From IMG/VR virus record IMGVR_UViG_3300009702_000041, positions 1 through 43,468 of that record: a stretch of DNA of 43,468 nucleotides, one strand, 5' to 3'. The notes below the pieces were generated by a model. It did no database searches, was not told the origin of the DNA, and saw only the letters and a list, made by a program, of their open reading frames with translations. The position numbers and the translations under genes are program-made. Origin of the DNA: a virus. Lineage: Duplodnaviria; Caudoviricetes. Shown here piece after piece: positions 1 to 8,486 of the stretch (positions within the stretch are counted from its first letter, which is position 1; the number at the start of each line of letters is the position of its first letter).

Positions 1-1296
1 ATTTTCAAAAATATGAAATAATTGTATACCTTTTTCTTTACATAATTTAGTTTTATTAAGATGTCTGTTTTTATTTTCGGTATCAGCAGAATACGATGAA
101 TGCCAGAATAAACCATTATATTCAATTGCTAAATTATGGTCCGGTATATAAATGTCCAATTCTAAAGGTTTAATTATCTGTCTATTGCCGGATTGTACAT
201 TATCAATTAAAGATTGACAAAATTCTAAAATTTCATTTTCAGCAATAGATTTATTATAAGGATAACATTTGAGACAACGAATATAAAAATGAGATGATTC
301 TCTTATTTCACCACATTTATGCTTATATTTAATAAAATTATTATTTTTATTTATATATTCATTTATAGTAGTTAATAATTCATAATCATTTGGAATTTTT
401 GCTTTAATCTTATAAAAATGAAATTTTCTATGCGATTTTTTAATTTTTAATGCACCACTTTCATAACTCGTTAATCCCGTTTTTGGATTAATTTTTAATT
501 TTGTTTGTTTACTTTTTATTCCAATTTGTTGATAACCAGATAATCCTGTTTTTGGATCAATTTTAATTAATGTTTTTCTTGTTTTTATCCCAATTAATTT
601 GCGTTTTGTTAATCCAGTATTATTATCTATCTTATCTAATGATAATTTAATTTTTTCTTTAATTCTAGATAATTCTAAAACAGATTTAATATTATCAATA
701 TTATCAATTTCTTCCTGTGTTCCAAATTTCAATACTTGGTTTTTTGTATCATTATCTCGTAATTGCCCATTATTCCAATTATGTTCAATACCATATCTTT
801 CCAATATTGATTCTTTAGCTTTTTTTCTAATAAAGGTTAATGAAAAAGAAGATTTAATATTATCAATATTATCAATTTCTTCCTGTGTTCCAAATTTCAA
901 TACCAGGTTTTTTATGCCATTATCTCGCAAATATCCCAACTTCCAATTATGTTCAACACCATAAGTTTTTACCATGGCATTTTTATAATTTTCTCGATAT
1001 TCTGGCGATTTTTTAGCACATTTTGAACAATACTTATTATAAGTATATTTTTTATCACCACGCTCATTCCAATAAGGAACAGCAACTTTACACATATCAC
1101 ATTTAACTAATTCTGTAATTTCATTTTTAACATAATAAATACGTTCTCTAATTGATACATTATTATCTAAAAAATTTGTAATTTCAACCAATTCTAAATA
1201 ATTATTATACCACCTATTATTTATTTTCTTTATATTAGTTAATCGCTTACATGAATCACAAAATTTAATTAATTCTAAAACATTTTTAGAATACAT
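1..1296 (-). CDS. Hef-like/Vsr-type endonuclease family, copy 1 (runs off window start; not in ORF track)
   Basis: Manual translation from ATG at 1296: MYSKNVLELIKF...CDMC...CSKC, two 56-aa YG(V/I)EHNW repeats, three I(D/N)xxTGL repeats, HKCGE...RCLKCYPYNKSIAENEI...ELDIYIPDHNLAIEYNGLFWH...QLFHIFEN; open to position 1. Confidence 0.9.
   Translation of the reverse strand, partial: MYSKNVLELIKFCDSCKRLTNIKKINNRWYNNYLELVEITNFLDNNVSIRERIYYVKNEITELVKCDMCKVAVPYWNERGDKKYTYNKYCSKCAKKSPEYRENYKNAMVKTYGVEHNWKLGYLRDNGIKNLVLKFGTQEEIDNIDNIKSSFSLTFIRKKAKESILERYGIEHNWNNGQLRDNDTKNQVLKFGTQEEIDNIDNIKSVLELSRIKEKIKLSLDKIDNNTGLTKRKLIGIKTRKTLIKIDPKTGLSGYQQIGIKSKQTKLKINPKTGLTSYESGALKIKKSHRKFHFYKIKAKIPNDYELLTTINEYINKNNNFIKYKHKCGEIRESSHFYIRCLKCYPYNKSIAENEILEFCQSLIDNVQSGNRQIIKPLELDIYIPDHNLAIEYNGLFWHSSYSADTENKNRHLNKTKLCKEKGIQLFHIFEN
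682..963. repeat. Internal 168-nt-period duplication in nuclease copy 1
   Basis: 682-735 is identical to 850-903 (agatttaatattatcaatattatcaatttcttcctgtgttccaaatttcaatac); similarity continues beyond. Confidence 0.9.
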
Positions 1297-1322
1297 TTTT
1301 ACATATATTTTATTTTGATTTT

Positions 1323-1330
1323 TATAAATA
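1323..1330 (+). promoter_or_regulatory. T4-type late promoter
   Basis: TATAAATA 97 nt upstream of the fibre gene, which has an AAGGAG SD. Confidence 0.65.
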
Positions 1331-1332
1331 TC

Positions 1333-1341
1333 ATTATAACA
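1333..1341 (-). promoter_or_regulatory. Extended -10 sigma70-type promoter for nuclease copy 1
   Basis: TGTTATAAT on the minus strand; AT-rich background lowers specificity. Confidence 0.5.
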
Positions 1342-1427
1342 AATAAAATATAACACATAAATTAAAATTAAATTTAAATTTATTTTTCAAACAAAATAAT
1401 TAATCTATTAATAAGGAGATATAATAT

Positions 1428-4046
1428 ATGATTATTAACGGAAATCTAAAGTTCGCTAGTGCGGGATTTGGCGAACTTCAAAACGCAGTATTAGAAAATT
1501 TAACAACTACCGCTCGTGATTTAATAACTACACCAGGTGTTGGTCGAATAATTTTTAATACCACAACATCGGTATATAACTTTTATGATGGCACGACTTG
1601 GCAAATATTTGGTACAGGCGGTGGTATTGGTGCACTTCAAACTGAAGTTGATGCCATTGAAGCAGCATCCGGAAGTATTTTTAATACTGACGGAACATAT
1701 TTAGCTGCTACTCTTAATGCATTAGGAAATATTACTAATGCTACAACATTAGCAGATGCATTAGGTCAGTTAGATGCAGCTATTACTGCAGCAGCTGGTG
1801 TTGATACATTAGGTGAATTAACTGATGTAACTTTAACAACTCCAGCAAATACTGATTTATTACAATATAATGGAACAGCATGGGTTAATGTAGCATCAAC
1901 AACAATTGGTGAATTTGGATTTAAAACAATCAATGGTGATTCTGGTTCTGCAGTTGCTGATATTCTTGGTGATACTCTTGGATTAGTTGGTGCTACAAAT
2001 GGTGGTGTTACTACTGTTGGTGAAAATACTGGTGATACAGTTTCTTTTGCTTTAACACCAGTTGATTTAGCAACTTCTGTTGCAACAATGGTTGGTGGAG
2101 ATTTTATAGTAGTTTCTGATTCTCTTGATACAGCTACAACATCTGCGAAAAAAATAACAATTACTAAATTAATTCAAGATTTAGATCTTGTTACAGCTGC
2201 TGCCGATGGTATGTTAGTTCGTACTGGTGCTGATACATATGCTTCACGTACAATTACTGCTTCTGCGGTTGCTGGTGATCAAGGTATTTCTGTTGTTAAC
2301 GGCAATGGTGTTACAAGTGATCCTACTATTGGATTAGATATTGTTGGTTTAACTGCTGAAGCTGGTACACCAAGTGCAACTGATTTATTAGCATTGTATG
2401 ATGGAACTAATAATGTTAAAACAACACTTTCTCAATTAAATTCTGCTTTAATAGCTGTTGGTACTGCATTAAATGATTTAACAGATGTAACTATTACAGC
2501 TGCTGCAAATAATGAATTTTTAGTATTTAATAGTACTTCAGGTGCATGGGTTGATACTACTCCAGCTAATGCTCGTACAGCAATGGATGTTTATTCAACA
2601 GGTACTGCAGATTCTACATTTGTAAATGTTGCTGGTGATACAATGACTGGTAACTTAGCAATGGGTACAAATCTAATTACTGGATTAGGTACTCCATTAG
2701 CTGGTACAGATGCAACAAATAAAAGTTATGTTGATGCATTGGTTGCTGGTTTAACATGGAAAAATGCTGTTATTGTAGCTTCAACCGCTAATATTAATTT
2801 AACCACTGGCGGATTATTAACAATTGATGGTGTAATATTAACAGCTGGTCAACGTGTATTGGTTAAAGATCAAACAACTACTTCTGAAAATGGTATTTAT
2901 GCCGCTGCGGTTGGTGCATGGACTCGTGTTACAGATATGGATTCATTAACACCGGTTGATGAAGTTAATTCAGCTGCTGTATTTGTTGAACAGGGTACAG
3001 TATATGCAGATACAGGTTGGACTGAAACAGCTACTGTTGCAACATTAGGAACTGATCCAATTATATGGACTCAATTTAATGGTGCTTCTGGTATAACAGC
3101 TGGTGTTGGTTTAGCAAAAACCGGTAATACTTTAGATGTTAACTTAGGTGCTGGTATTGCTCAATTACCATCTGATGAAGTTGGTGTTGATTTATTTACC
3201 GATGGTGGTTTACGTTTATCTGATACTGTTGGTGGTGCTGCAAGTACTTTAACTGGTGCTAAATTAAGAATATTGGTTGATGGTACAACATTATCAATGT
3301 CAACATTAGGTATTAAAGTTCCTACTTCTGGTATTACTGCAACAGAAATTTCTTCAGCTGCATTAGGTAATGGTTTAACTGGTGGATCTGGTACTGTATT
3401 AAGTGCTGATTTAAAAACTGCTTCTGGCTTAGTAATAGATACTGGTCAAATCAGTCTTTCTGCTATTCCAAATAGTGCATTGGCTAATAATTCAATTACA
3501 TTAGCTGCTGATACTGGTATTTCTGAAACAACTGCTCTTGGTGATACATTAACATTAGCTGGTGGTACAGGTATTGATAGTGTAGTTTCTGCTACTGATA
3601 CAGTAACATTTAATTTAAATGCTGCAATTGGTTTATTAACAGATGTTGATACAACAACAACTGCTCCTGTTACTGGCGATGCATTAATATTTAATGGTAC
3701 TAATTGGGTTCCAGGTGAAGCTGCTAATCACCAAACTCTTGACTTAACTGATGTTACCGCATCTGCAACAGCTGCAGGTCAAGTATTAGTTGCTGATGGT
3801 TCTAATAATTACACACCTCATCAAATTCAATTTGTTGATAGTGTAACTGTTGCTGCAACAACATGGACTGTAACTCATAATTTAAATCAAAAATTTGTAA
3901 ATGTAACTGTTTACGATTCAACTGATAATATGATTATACCACAATCCGTTGTTGCTACAAGTACTTCGGTAACTACTATTACTTTTAACACTGCTATTAC
4001 TGGTACAGCAGTTGTTATGGGTATTAATGGTTTAGCTGCAGTTTAA
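1428..4046 (+). CDS. Large fibre/adhesin-like virion structural protein (872 aa)
   Basis: Thr/Gly/Ala-rich; four LxxLTDV...L.(Y/F)NG..W-type repeats, GDTMTGNL and DATNKSYVD fibre motifs, IDGV...RVLVKDQ...ENGIY domain, C-terminal WTVTHNL domain. Confidence 0.8.
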   Translation: MIINGNLKFASAGFGELQNAVLENLTTTARDLITTPGVGRIIFNTTTSVYNFYDGTTWQIFGTGGGIGALQTEVDAIEAASGSIFNTDGTYLAATLNALGNITNATTLADALGQLDAAITAAAGVDTLGELTDVTLTTPANTDLLQYNGTAWVNVASTTIGEFGFKTINGDSGSAVADILGDTLGLVGATNGGVTTVGENTGDTVSFALTPVDLATSVATMVGGDFIVVSDSLDTATTSAKKITITKLIQDLDLVTAAADGMLVRTGADTYASRTITASAVAGDQGISVVNGNGVTSDPTIGLDIVGLTAEAGTPSATDLLALYDGTNNVKTTLSQLNSALIAVGTALNDLTDVTITAAANNEFLVFNSTSGAWVDTTPANARTAMDVYSTGTADSTFVNVAGDTMTGNLAMGTNLITGLGTPLAGTDATNKSYVDALVAGLTWKNAVIVASTANINLTTGGLLTIDGVILTAGQRVLVKDQTTTSENGIYAAAVGAWTRVTDMDSLTPVDEVNSAAVFVEQGTVYADTGWTETATVATLGTDPIIWTQFNGASGITAGVGLAKTGNTLDVNLGAGIAQLPSDEVGVDLFTDGGLRLSDTVGGAASTLTGAKLRILVDGTTLSMSTLGIKVPTSGITATEISSAALGNGLTGGSGTVLSADLKTASGLVIDTGQISLSAIPNSALANNSITLAADTGISETTALGDTLTLAGGTGIDSVVSATDTVTFNLNAAIGLLTDVDTTTTAPVTGDALIFNGTNWVPGEAANHQTLDLTDVTASATAAGQVLVADGSNNYTPHQIQFVDSVTVAATTWTVTHNLNQKFVNVTVYDSTDNMIIPQSVVATSTSVTTITFNTAITGTAVVMGINGLAAV

Positions 4047-4067
4047 GCAACTTAGCTGTTTAAAATA

Positions 4068-4100
4068 TGTGGAGTTAAGAAATTAGCTCCACAATTTTTT
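4068..4100 (+). terminator. Intrinsic terminator
   Basis: TGTGGAGTTAA-GAAA-TTAGCTCCACA followed by a T-run. Confidence 0.75.
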
Positions 4101-4118
4101 ATCAATAAAGGAAATGGA

Positions 4119-4736
4119 ATGGATTTTCACGGACACATAAATCTTCAAAATAATGAAATGCGTAAAATGGCATTTGATGCAGAAACAGATTTTCCTGCTT
4201 CACCAGTTGTTGGGCGTATGGTTTTTAAAAATTTTACTCTTTATATGTGTGTTGATTTAAACGGAATATTACCAATATGGGTACCGGTTACAAATACAAT
4301 TAATATGTATACCCATACACAAAGTACTGCTGCTACAACTTGGAATATTAAACATAGTTTAGCTGGATTAAATCCAGTTGTACAAGTATATGATTCTACT
4401 GATAAATTAATCATACCACAATCTGTTGTTGCGACAGATTCTTTAAATTTAACAATTACATTTAATACGGCAATTACTGGAAAGGCAGTTATACTTAAAG
4501 GTGATGAAATTCCTACTGATGGAATTGGCGTATTATCTCCAACAAGAGTTGCATATACACAAGATTTTACTTCTGCTACTACAATTGTCGTATTGCATCA
4601 GTTAGGTTATTATCCTATTGTAAGGGCTTATGTTGGCGGTAATGAGATATTACCTCAATCTGTTATTCATGATAGTATATATCAAGTAACTGTAACTTTT
4701 TCTAGTGCCCAAACCGGTACTTTAAGATTAGCATAA
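4119..4736 (+). CDS. Virion fibre-associated protein: MDFHG N-module plus two THNL-type domains
   Basis: MDFHGHINL start; HTQ..A..W.I.H.L...P.VQVYD...I.P..V motif occurs twice (second copy degenerate); SD AAGGA. Confidence 0.7.
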   Translation: MDFHGHINLQNNEMRKMAFDAETDFPASPVVGRMVFKNFTLYMCVDLNGILPIWVPVTNTINMYTHTQSTAATTWNIKHSLAGLNPVVQVYDSTDKLIIPQSVVATDSLNLTITFNTAITGKAVILKGDEIPTDGIGVLSPTRVAYTQDFTSATTIVVLHQLGYYPIVRAYVGGNEILPQSVIHDSIYQVTVTFSSAQTGTLRLA

Positions 4737-4745
4737 GGAAATATT

Positions 4746-4976
4746 ATGGGATTAGAAGTATTATATCAAGGAGGCATTCATCATATACAAAGTACGGCCT
4801 CTACATCATGGGTTATAACTCATAATTTAAATACATTAGAACCAATAGTCGATTGTTGGATAAATAATGCTGGTAGTAAAACAAAAATTTTACCATTAAA
4901 TGTTGCTGCAACTGATGCAAATGTTTGTACAATTACATTTTCATCTGCTCAATCAGGTGAAGCATTTTTAACATAA
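4746..4976 (+). CDS. Stand-alone THNL-domain protein (76 aa)
   Basis: HIQSTASTSWVITHNL...ILP...TITFSSAQSGEA; SD TAAGGA. Confidence 0.75.
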   Translation: MGLEVLYQGGIHHIQSTASTSWVITHNLNTLEPIVDCWINNAGSKTKILPLNVAATDANVCTITFSSAQSGEAFLT

Positions 4977-4990
4977 GGAGATATTAAAAA

Positions 4991-5206
4991 ATGTCAAGTT
5001 TTAATCATAGCCAAGGAACATCTTCTACATCATGGGTTATAACTCATAATTTAGATGTTGGTGAAACAGTGGTAGATACATTAATAGATAATGGCGGTAA
5101 TTTAGAAAAAATATTACCATTATCAGTTATTCATACTGATAATAATACATTAACTATTAGCTTTACAGCGGCACAAACCGGTAAAGCAAGAATAATAGGA
5201 AATTAA
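4991..5206 (+). CDS. Stand-alone THNL-domain protein (71 aa)
   Basis: HSQGTSSTSWVITHNL...ILP...ISFTAAQTGKA; SD AAGGAG. Confidence 0.75.
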   Translation: MSSFNHSQGTSSTSWVITHNLDVGETVVDTLIDNGGNLEKILPLSVIHTDNNTLTISFTAAQTGKARIIGN

Positions 5207-5225
5207 TTTATAAAAAGGAAACAAA

Positions 5226-5645
5226 ATGGATTTTCATGGTAATATAAATTTAAAACAAAATAAAATGCAACAACTAGTATTTCAGACAGAAACTGGATTT
5301 CCAGCTTCACCTGTTGTTGGGCGTGTTGCATTTAAAGATCAACGCTTGTATATGTGCATTGCATTAAATGGCGCAATACCAGTTTGGTTACCAATGACAA
5401 ATACTATCGATACATATATTCATGCACAATCTACTGCAGCTAGTACTTGGACTATAACACATAATCTAAATACAACAGCACCAATTGTTCAAATATATGA
5501 CTCAAATAATTCGATGTTAATACCAAATACTGTCACTAATATTGATAATAATAGTATGTCAGTCAATTTAGGTGCAGCAGCAACTGGTAATGCAGTAGTT
5601 ATGTTTGGTAATCTTATACCACCATCTGGTGTTGGCTTATTATAA
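5226..5645 (+). CDS. MDFHG N-module plus THNL domain, no C-terminal head
   Basis: Paralogue of 4119 and 5670; ends at the PSGVGLL linker. Confidence 0.75.
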   Translation: MDFHGNINLKQNKMQQLVFQTETGFPASPVVGRVAFKDQRLYMCIALNGAIPVWLPMTNTIDTYIHAQSTAASTWTITHNLNTTAPIVQIYDSNNSMLIPNTVTNIDNNSMSVNLGAAATGNAVVMFGNLIPPSGVGLL

Positions 5646-5669
5646 GCTACTAATAATTAAGGAAACAAA

Positions 5670-6878
5670 ATGGATTTTCATGGAAATATAAATCTTAAAA
5701 ATAATGAAATGCAAAAACTTGTTTTTCAACTAGAAACGAGTTTTCCAACAGATGCTGTTGTTGGAACCGTAGTATTTAAAAATAAAATATTATATATGGC
5801 AGTTGCTATAGGTAATGATGCTGGGTTGGTTTGGATTCCATTAACAGAATCAATTAATACTTTTGTTCATGACCAAACTAGTGCAGCAACCGCTTGGACG
5901 GTAACTCATAATTTGGGAATAAATAATCCAGTAGTTCAAATATATGATTCAAACCACGAATTAATAATTCCGAATGATGTATCAATTTCAACTAATTTAG
6001 AATTAGTAGTTACGTTAAATTCTGCAATTTCTGGAAGAGCTATTGTTATGGGAGGAGATACGATACCTGTAAATGGAATTGGTATTATTGAACCTACATT
6101 ATTTGCTGCTTGGGATATTACTAATGCAGTATATGATAACAAATCTATAAGTTTATCAAGTCAACTATCTGATGCACAAGATGCTACATTTAATAGTGAT
6201 GGAACTAAACTATATACAGTTTCATTTAGTAATACTACAGTTTACCAATATTCATTAAGTACGGCTTGGGATGTTAGTACTGCTACTTATGATAATAAAT
6301 CTTTATCGGTTGTAGCTTCTCCTACAGCAATATTAATAGGCGATAATGATACTAAATTATTTTCTTTAGGCAGTGGTAATAGTGTTTCACAATATAATTT
6401 ATCTGTAGCTAGCGATATAAGTACAGCAACATTTATAACTACTAAAGCATCTGGTGGAAGTGCTACATCAGTTGAAGGATTTTCTATAGTTAATGGTGGA
6501 ACACAAATGTATGTTGCTTCAAGAAGCCCATTTATTGGAGTGCATCAATATACATTAGGTACTGCATGGGATATATCTACAGTTACACCAACTGGAACAT
6601 CATTAAATGTTTCTGCTACAGTTTCTAATTTTCTTTTTGGTATGCAAATATCTTTTGATGGAACTAGATTATGGGTTATAGATGGTAATGGTGCAGGAAA
6701 AATATATCAATATGATCTTGGAACAGCATATGATATTACAACTGGTATATATAATAATATCTTTTTAAATACTACCACACAAACCGGCGGCACTATAACA
6801 GATATGCATATTGGTAATAACGGAAATACGTTATTTGTAAATTCATTAACTGATGTATACCAATATTTACTTTCATAA
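5670..6878 (+). CDS. MDFHG plus THNL plus C-terminal beta-propeller (putative receptor-binding/decoration protein)
   Basis: Repeated F..DGTK.Y...YQY.L.TAWD.STA blades. Confidence 0.7.
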   Translation: MDFHGNINLKNNEMQKLVFQLETSFPTDAVVGTVVFKNKILYMAVAIGNDAGLVWIPLTESINTFVHDQTSAATAWTVTHNLGINNPVVQIYDSNHELIIPNDVSISTNLELVVTLNSAISGRAIVMGGDTIPVNGIGIIEPTLFAAWDITNAVYDNKSISLSSQLSDAQDATFNSDGTKLYTVSFSNTTVYQYSLSTAWDVSTATYDNKSLSVVASPTAILIGDNDTKLFSLGSGNSVSQYNLSVASDISTATFITTKASGGSATSVEGFSIVNGGTQMYVASRSPFIGVHQYTLGTAWDISTVTPTGTSLNVSATVSNFLFGMQISFDGTRLWVIDGNGAGKIYQYDLGTAYDITTGIYNNIFLNTTTQTGGTITDMHIGNNGNTLFVNSLTDVYQYLLS

Positions 6879-6904
6879 ATATAATTCAAAGTTAAGGAAA
6901 CTAA

Positions 6905-8128
6905 ATGGATTTTCATGGAAATATAAATCTTAAAAATAATGAAATGCAAAAACTCGTTTTTCAACTAGAAACGAGTTTTCCAACCGATGCTGTTGTTGGA
7001 ACCATAGTATTTAAAGATAAAATATTATATATGGCAGTTGCAGTAGGTAATGATTCTTCATTAGTTTGGATTCCATTAACAGAATCAATTAATACATTTG
7101 TTCATGATCAAACTAGTGCATCAACAACTTGGACAGTAACTCATAATTTGGGAATAAATAATCCGGTAGTTCAAATATACGATTCAAACCATGAATTAAT
7201 AATTCCGAATGATGTATCAATTTCAACTAATTTAGAATTAGTAGTTACGTTAAATTCTGCAATTACAGGAAGAGCTATTGTTATGGGAGGAGACACGGTA
7301 CCAGCAAATGGAATTGGTATAATAGAGCCTATAGTTGTTGATTTTAATTATAATATATCTGGTGGAACATTTGCATCTAAAGAATTTTTACCAAGCCAAG
7401 GTGGCACTTCATCAGGAATGACTTTTAAGCCTGATGGCACAAAAATGTATTTAGAAATAATTTCAGGATTCTTATTTCAATATACATTAAGTACAGCATG
7501 GGATGTTAGTACTGCTTCTTATGATAATAAATCATTTGATGTTCGTGGTCTTACTGGTGGACAAACAATATCTGTAGATTTTTCTCCAGCAGGAAATAAA
7601 CTATTTATAGCAAATGTTATTAATGGAACTGGAGGTTGGATTCAAGAATTTAATTTAAGTACACCATGGGATATAAGTACCAGAATAGTCGGTGGATCAT
7701 TTATGACTAATTCACAATCATCATTTCCAACAGGTATATCTATTAAACCTGATGGAACAAAGATGTTTGTGGTTGGGCAAGATCCTAATGATAGACTATA
7801 TGAATATTCATTAAGTATTCCATTTGATGTTACATCTATGACATATACAGGTAATGCATTTACCTTAGTACAAACAGGTACTGGTAGTGGGGCTGAGATA
7901 TATGTTAACACATTAGGAACAACATTAATAATTTCTGATTTTTCATTAGATAAAATATTTCAATATTCATTAAGTACTGCATGGGATTTATCTACAATAA
8001 CATATGATAATATTGAATTAGCTACTTCACCAGCCACGATAGCAAAAGGTATTCATGTTGGTAATGGTGGAAACTCATTATATATTAATGATCAGGGAGC
8101 TCATAAAGTATTCCAATATAATATATAG
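6905..8128 (+). CDS. MDFHG plus THNL plus a divergent beta-propeller
   Basis: First ~140 aa nearly identical to the 5670 gene up to GIGIIEP, then divergent LSTAWD blades. Confidence 0.7.
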   Translation: MDFHGNINLKNNEMQKLVFQLETSFPTDAVVGTIVFKDKILYMAVAVGNDSSLVWIPLTESINTFVHDQTSASTTWTVTHNLGINNPVVQIYDSNHELIIPNDVSISTNLELVVTLNSAITGRAIVMGGDTVPANGIGIIEPIVVDFNYNISGGTFASKEFLPSQGGTSSGMTFKPDGTKMYLEIISGFLFQYTLSTAWDVSTASYDNKSFDVRGLTGGQTISVDFSPAGNKLFIANVINGTGGWIQEFNLSTPWDISTRIVGGSFMTNSQSSFPTGISIKPDGTKMFVVGQDPNDRLYEYSLSIPFDVTSMTYTGNAFTLVQTGTGSGAEIYVNTLGTTLIISDFSLDKIFQYSLSTAWDLSTITYDNIELATSPATIAKGIHVGNGGNSLYINDQGAHKVFQYNI

Positions 8129-8178
8129 TCAACTACCCCTGAGCTAAAAAACTGACGGGTTTTCTTGCCACAAGATCT
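8128..8178 (+). mobile_element. Miniature IS200/IS605 (IscB-type) end-derived element, copy A
   Basis: GTCAACTACCCCTGAGCTAAA...GGGTTTTCTTGCCACAAGATCT then ATAAA; near-identical to 30667-30716; family assignment from recalled IscB-element ends. Confidence 0.6.
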
Positions 8179-8197
8179 ATAAAATTAAGCAAACTGA

Positions 8198-8320
8198 ATA
8201 GATTTTCATGAAAACATAAATTTAAAAAATAATGAAATATAAAAACTCGTTTTTCAACTAGAAATGAGTTTTCTAATTAATACAATTGTTGGAATTATGG
8301 TATTTAAAGATAAAATATTT
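8198..8320 (+). pseudogene. Decayed 5' fragment of another MDFHG-family gene
   Basis: Translates IDFHENINLKNNEI*KLVFQLEMSFLINTIVGIMVFKDKIF; start ATG>ATA and in-frame TAA; colinear with 6905-7027. Confidence 0.9.
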
Positions 8321-8372
8321 ATTATTGGAGTATCATCTAGAATTTTTAGAATTGATATGTAAATAAAAATAA

Positions 8373-8406
8373 TTTGGTAATAAATATTAAATTATTTATT
8401 ACCAAA
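8373..8406. terminator. 14-bp perfect inverted repeat between converging operons (probable terminator)
   Basis: TTTGGTAATAAATA-ttaaat-TATTTATTACCAAA. Confidence 0.55.
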
Positions 8407-8449
8407 CAATTGCTTCTACCGATAATTTATCTATTGCAGCATCAATATT
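8399..8449 (-). pseudogene. Remnant C-terminus of a DUF4376/tail-fibre-assembly gene
   Basis: Minus strand reads NIDAAIDKLSVEAIVW*, compare QIDASTTKIAIEAIIW* at the end of 19105..19776; an in-frame TGA lies just upstream. Confidence 0.55.
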
Positions 8450-8486
8450 ACTAATATCATAATATCAATTTATTTATTAAATAATT

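Noticed and set aside
599-964. 121-aa plus-strand ORF with an internal repeat
   Set aside because: It is the antisense shadow of nuclease copy 1; the repeat belongs to the minus-strand gene
6905-8320. Gene/pseudogene pair or RCC1 paralogues as a diversity-generating retroelement TR/VR
   Set aside because: Differences are not adenine-specific, the copy matches an N-terminus rather than a C-terminal variable region, and no reverse transcriptase is in the window
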